Positions 12,325-64,000 of a stretch of DNA of 64,000 bases are shown here, one piece after another. The position numbers were made by a program, and so were the translations under genes. The notes under the pieces are model-generated. The model saw only the letters and a list, made by a program, of their open reading frames with translations. It ran no database searches and was not told the DNA's origin. The DNA is from Octopus sinensis (lineage: Eukaryota): positions 19,344,001-19,408,000 of the forward strand of contig NC_043007.1 in NCBI RefSeq assembly GCF_006345805.1, in the 5' to 3' direction. Numbering within the stretch: position 1 is the first letter of the stretch; each line of letters opens with the position of its first letter.

Positions 12325-14201
12325 TATATATATAGAATATACATATAATGTATGTGTATATGTATATATATATATATAATATATATATATATATATACAC
12401 ACACATTTTATATATATATATAATATATATATATACATATATAAGAGACCAAAGTGTATGTACACCACTATATGTATATAAAAAAGAATACAAAAAATGG
12501 AACAAGAATGCAACAGGTGACAACAAAACATCCAGACAGTTGGACGATACAAAAAGGGACAAGTAAAAATAAAGACAGGTCATTTGGACTCGAATTGACC
12601 TATCCTTGCTTTTTCTTGTCCTTTTTTGTATAATCCAACTGTCTGGATGTTTTGTTGTCGCCTGTTACGCTCTTGTTCCATTTTTTGTATTCTGTTATAT
12701 ATATATATATTTGGTTAAAGGGGATTCATATAGAATCAAGGCACATCACAGTGAAGTGCACCCCAATTATAGGTTAGACTGCAAGATGTAAAATGGGATA
12801 TAGTTAAGTAATCTATTATCATTGGATGGAATGCATTGATGAAGAGAAGTTCACCGTTGTTTGGTAATTTGTCACTTCAATAGTATCCTAAAGTATTGAA
12901 AGAGGAATGGAATCTTAGGTGTAGTGCAAAACATAATAAAAACAGACAAATGGGTTGTCTGGTATGGCTACAATTGTTTCGTTCTCTTTATTATGGCTTA
13001 AATATGCTACAGTCAGGTGTGTAGCCTGTACAACATTCCATATGATTATGTAATATATTATGCAACTCTCAACTCATCAGGTTTACCAAATATATGAATG
13101 AGCAGTGACATGCTGATGAATCAACTGTTCATCATCAAGTGAAATTTCGAATCAGAATTACCAACATTTAAGAAATGCTAAAGTGGGCGGGACTATGATC
13201 AATCAATCATTAGGGTGGATAGCAGAATGAGGTTGTAAATTAAAGAATAATTAAACCATAATATCTATTCTAAAGATGTTATTAACATTAGTGACCTTAC
13301 TTATAAAGACTCGTACTGGCAAAACAGTCTTGTATACCAGCAGATAGCAGGTGCCAAGCATGACATTTGACCCTATCAAAGCAGTTAAAAACAGTTGCCA
13401 GCATTCTTCTTTAAAAAAACAAACAAAAAATCCATTTACTGTGTTATATTGTTTAGTATATTAAAGATTGACATGGTTAATAAGTTCCTGTAGTTCTTAT
13501 TCATTTACTTAATTCTACTTGATTAAAGTGGTCTGATTAATTAGTGCAGAACTAATAGAATATCACCTTTAATTAAAGGAGATTCAGCTATTTATTATTC
13601 AGGGAAAATAGCTTAAGGAAAACTGAGAGTAATGGCACAAGTATCTGTATAATTTCAGTGGAGAGGATAGGAAAAGAAAGAGAGAAAATATATTTGGTAA
13701 ACCTGATGAGTTGGGAGTTAGATAATGTGTTATATAATCTTATAGAATGTTGTGCACACTACATACCTCGCTGTAGCATGTTTATGTTGCTATAAAGAGA
13801 ATGAAACAATTGTAGTCATACCAGGCAGCCCATTTGTTTGTCTTTATGATTCATGTATATTTATGTATATCTAATAAATATATAGATGTTTGTATGTGTG
13901 TGTTTATGTATTTCAGTGCAGTTTACGGTCCAAAGATCGAGCATTAGAAAACAAAAAAAGCCGCAGCAATCCATTAGGTGAAAGACTTGATCAATCAACA
14001 AAATTAAACCCAGTTCGACATGGAAATCCATGTACACATGCAAGCATACATATTTATACGCATGCACACAAATACAGATAAATGCACACATATACATACA
14101 TAGATATGAATATTTACAGACATACATCTATACACCTATATATACGTGTACATACCTCTACACATGTACATACACATATATGCATGTATATATATACATA
14201 A

Positions 14202-14325
<124 letters not shown>

Positions 14326-15127
14326 GATGAACAATACAAGCTACTAAGTTTGGGCAAACACATGCAGATTCTTTTTTGCTTTTGTTTTTTCTACAGAAAT
14401 GTGGCAGCAAACAATATATATATATATTTGTGTATATATATATATATATACAATTCTGCAAATCAGGCAAGGCAGTGAGGGGCTGGGGTTAAGGTAAACG
14501 TACCTCAGGAGAACTTATTGAGGAGCAAACCTCAGGAGAATTTTGGTTCAGGGATCCAATACTTGCATCCTGGAATGACAAAAAAAGAGCAAGAGAGCTG
14601 TGAAGAGGCCATGAAGAGGTAAAGGGATATCAGCCATCACAGCGGCAGAAGGGAGGAGATAGCCGTCCATTGCAGCAAGAGATGAGATGGCAAGGCAAGT
14701 TATTGGGAAGCAGCCAGGCTTAATGGTTAAGGTGATGATATCTGGTTGTGGTGGGAGGTCAGTTGTCATGAGATAATTGTGGTGATGGATTTGCTAATGA
14801 AAAAGAGATCAATCAATAAGATTAATAAGAAAATTTCCCAGACTATTGAACTTCATTTTAAAGATGAAATCAAACTCTAGATTATCAGATATGTTTGGAG
14901 CATATTTGACCTGTAAAAAGGCCGTTTACACTGAGGTTTGCCATGGAGAAAAATTCACAATTTAAGCAAAAGATTTAAAACATCAAATTCACTTTGGAGC
15001 AGCCCTTATGAACTGAAATATGTATTTTGAGCTTTTTATACTCTCATCATGTACCAAGTGGGACAACTCTGAAATGACAGGGAGTCTTGGCTTACTCATA
15101 ATAAATTAATAGAAAATATATGCTGCC

Positions 15128-15435
15128 TGTGGAGGTGCAATAACCCAGTGGTTAGGGCAGCGGACTCACGGTCTGAGGATTGCAGTTTCGATTCCCAGAC
15201 CGGGTGTTGTGTGTGTTTATTGAGCGAAAACACCTAAAAAAAGCACCACGAGGCTCCAGCAGTGGGTGGTGGCGACCCCTGTTGTACTCTTTCGCCACAA
15301 CTTTCTCTCACTCTCTCTTCCTGTTTCTTGAGTAACGCTGCGATGAACTGGCATCCCGTCCAGCTGGGAGGAACACATATGCCATAGAAACCGGGGAAAC
15401 CGGACCCATGAACCTGGCTAGGCTTGAAAAGGGCG
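15128..15435 (+). mobile_element. tRNA-derived SINE (second copy about 41570-41870)
   Basis: cagtggttagggcagcggactc A box, gtttcgattccc B box; body shared with the 41570 copy. Confidence 0.75.
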
Positions 15436-16104
15436 ACAAAATATGCTGCCTGCGTGTTATGTCCATCAGACTGGAACAAAATTCATGGATGGTACATGAA
15501 GCAGTGATTTGAAATAAGTAAATCCAATTAATTCGAATATATTTTGGGCAGATTTAACCTGTGAAAAGGCCATTTTCATTATGGCCTGCCATTTGTCCAA
15601 AGACAATGATTTTTATTGGCTAAACTGGCAAAATGACTAATCCTAAATACAACAATATCTGTTTCAACACGCGATTTCACATCAAAAATCTTGCAAAACA
15701 AATATATAAACGTAATAATGATTTCAGTATTTGCCTAAAATGAGAATTATTTCTCCATGGTGAACCACAAACTGCCATTTTTAAAACGAACTAAATCCCA
15801 ACCTTTCATCAAAATTCAAAGTTAATTTAGTTCCAAACACCAATTTAATAATGATGGTTATTTTGCTTAAATACTTCATTATTTTCAAAACTGATTGGAA
15901 CAGAAGTAGTGTATTTCTATAGAAATTTGCTAATGAAAGGCTTAAATCAATCATAATCTTTGATCTTGCTGAAGCTCCTTTATATAAAAGTTAATGACCA
16001 AAAGAATACGTTATCAGTTGTCCTGTGTGTTACATGGAAATTATGGGTGAGGTTAGGTGAGCTGAAGCTAAGGTACATTTTGGTTTAATTAGGACAAGAA
16101 TTCA

Positions 16105-16387
16105 TTATTTACATTTGACGAATATTTGTCCTCATCTTGTTTGTTGTTAAACACAACATTTCTGCTGATATACCCTCCAGCCTTCATCAGGTGTTTTGGG
16201 GAAATTTTGAACCTGGGTTCTTATTCCTAAGGTATTTTTCGATGTTATTATTATTATCATTATTCAGGTCACTGCCTGGAATCAAACTCGGAATCTTGGG
16301 GTTAGTAGCCTGCACTCTTAACCACTACGCCATACGGCATAGTGGTTAAGAGCATGGGCTACTAACCCCAAGATTCCGAGTTCGATT

Positions 16388-16426
<39 letters not shown>

Positions 16427-16611
16427 CAATAATAATAACATCGAAAAATACCTTAGGAATGAGAAGCCAAGTTTGAAATTTCCTCAAGACACCTGATGAA
16501 GGCTGGAGGGTATATCAGCCAAAACGTTGTGTTAACAACAAACAAGATGAGGACAAATTTTCGTTAAATGTAAATAATGGACATAATTCCTCATCTCTCA
16601 TTTATAGAACT
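16105..16611. mobile_element. Inverted (back-to-back) dimer of a tRNA-headed, hammerhead-bearing short retroelement (Penelope-like tail), with 13-bp TSD
   Basis: The two arms are reverse complements centred on 16332-16335. TSD ggacaagaattca at 16092-16104 and 16612-16624. Hammerhead motifs at 16151-16194 (-) and 16488-16533 (+). Confidence 0.8.
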
Positions 16612-17480
16612 GGACAAGAATTCAGTTCTCATTTGAACTATTTCATTTAAACTTCTTCTCATGCCAGCAATATTTGGCCAGAGAAAATAGCTCTTGGAGA
16701 AGGATGGTCTCTGACATTCAGGCTCTTGCCTTTGGTGGGACCAATGGTGCTCTTCACACACAATATAAAGATTTAGTCCCTAAAGTTGACTCCAATGACT
16801 GAGAAAGGGTTACAAAATGGATGGAGAGCACCAGAGAAAGAGAGAGAGAGAGAGAGGGAAGGAGAGAGAGGGAGATTTTTATTTATTTATATATTTGTTA
16901 GTGATGTAGTTTGATGAGTATGAGAACCACGGGTCTCCGTAAAAGGTATTGAAAACCCTCTCAACTTAGCCAACACAGCCACGACTTACTTCCACGCTAA
17001 ACACTGAAAAATATTTTCATTGTTTGAAAATTTGAAAACAAAACAAGAAGAATATAAAATCTTTTCAAAGAACATACTGGAAATAAAAACTAATATTATA
17101 CACAGGAAATATACAATAATAATCATAGCTTTGATATTGTTGGTATTGAAAGAAGACTGAACGAGGAGGGGAAAAAAAATACTATACAGGGACGGAAAAA
17201 AGCAGGTCCACAGTTGCTTAATATGAGTGGAATGTTCTTTTTTAAACCTAAGTAATTCATAACTAAGGGATCTGCATGAGATACCTTGTTTATTGGAAAC
17301 CCTTTTTTTGAATTTCTGGCAACTTATGTTAAGCAACTGTATTCCTTCTTTGCCTCATCCCTGTATAAAGAATGATGCTAAACTGAAGTAAAATGTGTGT
17401 TTTAATTATTTAATATTAGTTGGTTTGATTAAGAAGTATTAATTAGTTAATTAGAGATGTAAATTGAAGTATGTAATTAC

Positions 17481-59020
<41,540 letters not shown>

Positions 59021-59406
59021 CTGAAGAAAAAGAAATGAAACAAAAGACAAAAATAAGTGGAAGTTTCGAGTCAGCACTTTTGGTGGGTAGGGGCGAAGGG
59101 AGTGGTGGTGGTGGTGGTGGTGGTGGTGGTGGTGGTGTGGTGGTGGTGGTTGTTAGAATTTCACTGAAGAAATGAAAGGACAAAACTGGACTTTGATGGG
59201 ATAAACCTTTCTGTTCCCCAATCAAAATGAGACTACCCCAGGTTCTCTGAGATAAAAAACAAACAAACAAACAAAACTTTGTGTGGTAAGAAGCTTGCTT
59301 CCCATCCACATGGTTCTTGGTTCAGTCCTACTGCATGGCACCTTGGGCAAACCAAAGCTTTGTGAGTGGATTTGGTAGACGGAAACTGAAAGAAGCTCGT
59401 CATGTG

Positions 59407-59443
<37 letters not shown>

Positions 59444-59620
59444 ATATTTATGTGTTTTACAAAGAGTAAAAGTGTGGAAACTCAGAGTAGCGACAGAGTG
59501 GAATATCAGCACTTCACAACAACAACACATATTTAATACTCTTCCTGTTTTTGCAACAACACACACACACACACACACACTACCACACATATAGACTGAC
59601 AGGCAGATAGATAGAGAGGC

Positions 59621-59656
<36 letters not shown>

Positions 59657-60236
59657 ATAACAATATGATAAATAGATAAAACATATGCATATATACATAC
59701 ATATATGTACGTACTTACATCTATATGTATATATACATGCATATATGAGTACAGGACACCACAAATAAACGTAGAACACAACGAGAAACTAAAACATAAA
59801 ATCAAACAAGGAAACGGACTTTTTTTAACAATGAAAAAACAGAGTACAGGACAAACAATACAAGGAAAAATCCCCTTCATCAGCTGCCCCTGGTTCGACT
59901 CAATGCGTGTTTCGAAGGTAAGGGCAGAACACGACCCGGCCGAAGCAGTCCTTCCTGCAAAGGGAATTAAATAAAGTTCTTTTGCAGAGGGGTGGAGAGA
60001 AAGACAGAGAGAGATAGACAAATAGACAGACACACAAACATATATATCTCAGTTTAGTTTTTCCTTGGGGTTGCCAGATTGGACCAATCTTGAGTATAAC
60101 CAACCGAAATTGCAAAGATAATCTGGAACTCGACTGAGGAAAGAAAACTCTGAATGACACACCCTTGTTTTTTTCTTGTCCCTTTTTTGTATCATCTGTC
60201 TGGATGTTTTGCATTCTTGTCCCATTTTTTGTATTC

Positions 60237-60280
<44 letters not shown>

Positions 60281-60443
60281 TTCTAATATAAGGATAAACT
60301 TTTATTAAAAAAATTTTATCAGTGGCCAGCGTATGAAAAATACCTTTTAAGGTGTAATAATACAAGTGAAAATATTTTATGTGGTTAGACGATTTAGCAT
60401 CTATTTTTAGCATATTGGCAAAGAAATTTTTTTTTTGCCCTTT

Positions 60444-61782
60444 ATCATCATCATCATTGTTTAATGTCCGCTTTCCATGCTAGCATAGGTTGGACGATTT
60501 GACTGAGGATTGGAACCAGATGGCTGCACCAGGCTCCAATCTTGATCTGGCAGAGTTTCTATAGCTGAATGCCCTTCCTGATGCCAACCACTCTGAGAGT
60601 GTAGTGGGTCTTTTATGTGCCACCGGCACGAGGGCCAGTCTGGTGGTACTGGCAATGGCCACGCTCGAAAATGGTGTTTTTTAACTTGCCATCTGCACAG
60701 GAGCCAGTCCAGCAGCACTGGCAACGACCTCTCTCGAATGTTTTTTCACATGCCACCGGCACAAGTGCCAGTAAGGTGATGCTGGTAGTGATCACGCTCG
60801 AATGGTGCTTTTTACGTGACACCGGCATGGAAGCCAGTTAGCTGCTCTGGCAACGATTATGCTCAGATGGTGCTCTTTGCACTCCACTAGCACAGATACC
60901 AGTCATTGAATTTGATTTCGATTTCACTTGCCTCAACAGGTCTTCACAAGCAGAGTTTAGTATCCAATGAAGTAAAGGTATGCATAAAGTGGGCTGGTTA
61001 CACCCCTGGCATAGGCCACGAGGTTATGGTCTCATTTGGCTTGCCGGGTCCTCTCAAACACAGCATATTTCCAAAAGTCTCGGTCACTAGTCATTGCCTT
61101 GGTGAGGCCTAATGTTTGAAGGTCGTGCTTCATCACTTCATCCCAGGTGTTCCTGGTTCTACTTCTTCCAAAGGTTCCCTCAACTGCTAGGGTGTGACAC
61201 TTTTTCACACAGCTATCCTCATCCATTCTCACCACATGACCATACCAGCGTAGTCATCTCTCTTGCACACCACAACTGATGCTTCTTAGGTCCAACATTT
61301 CTCTCAAGGTACTTACACTCTGTAAAGCACACTGACATTACACATCCATTGGAGCATGCTGGCTTCATTCCTCGCGAGCTTACGCATGTCCTCAGCAGTC
61401 ACAACCCATGTTTCACTACCATGTAGCAAGGCTGTTCATACACATGTGTCATACAGTCTACTTTTTACACTGAGCGAGAGGCCCTTTGTCACCAGCAGAG
61501 GTAAGAGCTCTCTGAACTTTGCCCAGGCTATTCTTATTCTAGCAGCTACCCTTTCAGTGCACCCTTCCCCGCTACTGACTTGGTCACCTAGGTAACGGAA
61601 GCTATCAACTACTTCTAGTTTTTCTCCCTGGAATGTGGCAGAAGTTGTTCTCTGCGCATTTTCAGTGTTTATTGCTCCTGAGCATCTGCCACATACAAAA
61701 ACTATCTTCCCAGTTAGCCTTCTTTTGATATTGCTGCACCTCTTATGTGCCCATAGCAAATACTGGGTACATCTTATAGAGG
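60444..61782 (-). mobile_element. 5'-truncated RTE-clade LINE (ORF2 C-terminus plus 3' UTR), degenerate
   Basis: LWAHKRCSNIKRRL...CGRC, LEVVDSFRYLGDQVS...RIRIAWAKFRELLPLL, GRSRTRNTWDEVMKHDL...DRDFWKYAV; (ATG)n tail. Confidence 0.88.
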
Positions 61783-62179
61783 GTAAATATACATATATAA
61801 ATACTTGTGAAGACCTGTTGAGGCAAGTGAAAATCAAAATTGAAATCAATCAACATCAATGGAAATTATAGCTGTGATACCTGTGCCGGTGGCACATAAG
61901 AGAACCATCCGAACATGGCCGTTGCCAGCGCCGCCCCGACTGGCCTCTGTGCCGGTGGCACGTAAAAAGCACCGTCCGATCGTGGCCATTTGCCAGCCTC
62001 GTCTGGCACTTGTGCAGGTGGCACGTAAAAAGCATCCACTACACTCACGGAGTGGTTGGCATTAGGAAGGGCATCCAGCTGTAGAAACACTGCCAGATCA
62101 GAGGTGGCCTGGCGCAGCCTCCTGGCTTCTGAGAACTGTCCAACCCATGCTAGCATGGAAAACGGACGTTAAACGATGA

Positions 62180-62237
<58 letters not shown>

Positions 62238-62625
62238 ATAGTTAAATAGATAGACAGACAGATAGATACAGGCATAGCTAGATAGACAGAGAGTCAAAAA
62301 GATAGCTAAATAGATGAATAGACAGAGAGATAGGTATGCGCATGCGCACACACAAACTACAGTTTATACAGCTTATATAATTGTCATATGAAAAGTGTCA
62401 CAACAGAAGAGTGGGGGTGGGAGCGGGGGGTGGGAATGGGGGGGGGGGAGGTGTCTGCACACATTCAGGAAAAACGAAAAATAAAAAAAAGAAAGGGGAA
62501 AAAGAAAAAGAAACATATCTTTGTGTCCGTATATAATAATGTATACACCTTCCTATTGCCGTGAGGAATATTCAACCATATTATATGTGAGCCTGTGTGT
62601 GTGTGTGCGCACACGCATGTGTATG

Positions 62626-62676
<51 letters not shown>

Positions 62677-63134
62677 TATATATATATATATATGGGTATA
62701 TAATATATATATATATATGGGTATATATATATATATATATATATATGGGTATGTATGTGTATGTATATAAGTATATAAATATATGTGTTTGTGTGTGTGA
62801 GTATATATACACATATATATATACATATGTGTGTTTGTGTGTGTGTGTGTGTGTGTTTATTTGTGTATGTGTATAAATATATATATACACACATACATAC
62901 ATACATACATTCATACATACACACACAGAGTCATAGTATGGAGAGAGGAAGGACAAGAGATCTAACTGAGCCGATAATAAGAGGAGAGTGTTTATTGATG
63001 GTGGTGGTGGTGGCGGTAGTATTAGTGGTGGTGGTGGTAATACCAACAGCTGGAGTGGTCCCAGCAACACTGTCACCGGCAATGTTTATACAGGAGGGCC
63101 AGGCGCACTACACACACACACACACACACACACA

Positions 63135-63165
<31 letters not shown>

Positions 63166-64000
63166 CACACACATATGCACACGCATTGCAGTTTATATGT
63201 AATGATATATAATCCATACATATACACACATATACATACATGTAAGCAAACAGACAGACAGACACACACACACACACATGTACACACATATGCAAATACA
63301 GCTGCCACAGGCAAAAACTTACGCATTCATGCAAACACACACACACACACACAAATAGACTCAAGCAAAAACATATACTCTTTATCTTTATTCTTTCTTA
63401 CATATATCTACATACATGTATATACACATATACATACACACAAATACACACACACACACACACACATATGTATATATACACATATATACACACATATGCA
63501 TACATACATATACATGAATATATATATATATATATACATATGTTTATACATTTACATACATATGCATACATATATACACATACATCAACACATATATATA
63601 TATAAATATATTCATACATACATACATACATACATACATACTACATACATACGCACTACATACATACATACACACACACTACATACATACATACACACAC
63701 ACACACATACATACATACATACATATATATATACATACATATATAAACAAACATGCATACATATACATACATATGTATGTATGTATATACATATATGTGT
63801 GTGAAAGTATATATATACATAAATACATATCTATATATTTATGTATGTATGAATGTATGTATATATATATGTCTGTGAAAGTGTGTGTGTGTATGGATGT
63901 ATATATGTATGTATATACATATAAATGTATGTGTAAGTGTGTGTATATATATGTGTGTGTGTGTTTGTGTATATATATATGTGTGTGTATATATATATGT

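Noticed and set aside
13300-13412. Exon-like segment on the minus strand with good acceptor and gtaagg donor
   Set aside because: Stop in the required phase-0 frame and no PLC similarity.
59860-59930. CUGAUGA plus an upstream CGAAAC on the minus strand (possible permuted hammerhead)
   Set aside because: I could not build a consistent helix I; only a half-motif is supportable. The same applies to the CUGAUGA at 56204-56210.
62465-63804. 205-aa and 339-aa ORFs rich in H/T/Y/I
   Set aside because: Products of (CA)n/(TA)n/(TACA)n simple repeats.
59021-64000. Search for the first coding exon of PLC-beta (MAK...FDRxEE equivalent)
   Set aside because: No matching peptide with a donor found; presumed to lie beyond the window.

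Overview
AT-rich, microsatellite-dense eukaryotic intronic DNA. The SINE/LINE repertoire and intron size suggest a coleoid cephalopod, most likely Octopus; this is an inference. One protein-coding gene spans the window on the minus strand: a phospholipase C beta of the PLCB4/NorpA type. I reconstructed 16 GT-AG exons by hand (59020 down to 17481, 1560 nt, 520 aa, all phases compatible). They encode the PH domain, EF hands, the complete catalytic X box and the start of the X-Y linker. A candidate 12-nt microexon (DFDK, 4656-4667) lies further into the linker. I did not find the first coding exon or the Y/C2/C-terminal exons, so they are presumably outside the window. Introns contain tRNA-derived SINEs, a 5S-derived element, an RTE LINE 3' end, two non-autonomous Helitrons, a mariner relic, MITEs and minisatellites. 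The most notable signal is a set of at least 10 minimal type I hammerhead-ribozyme motifs (CUGANGA...GAAA, several with a self-complementary helix III) from four repeat families. One family joins a tRNA-like Pol III head to a hammerhead-bearing tail and is inserted as TSD-flanked inverted dimers. Several motifs are in the sense of the PLC pre-mRNA. The introns also hold many long inverted repeats and two CpG-rich candidate internal promoters. Nearly all ORFs in the supplied track are artefacts of simple repeats. All coordinates and alignments were done by eye.
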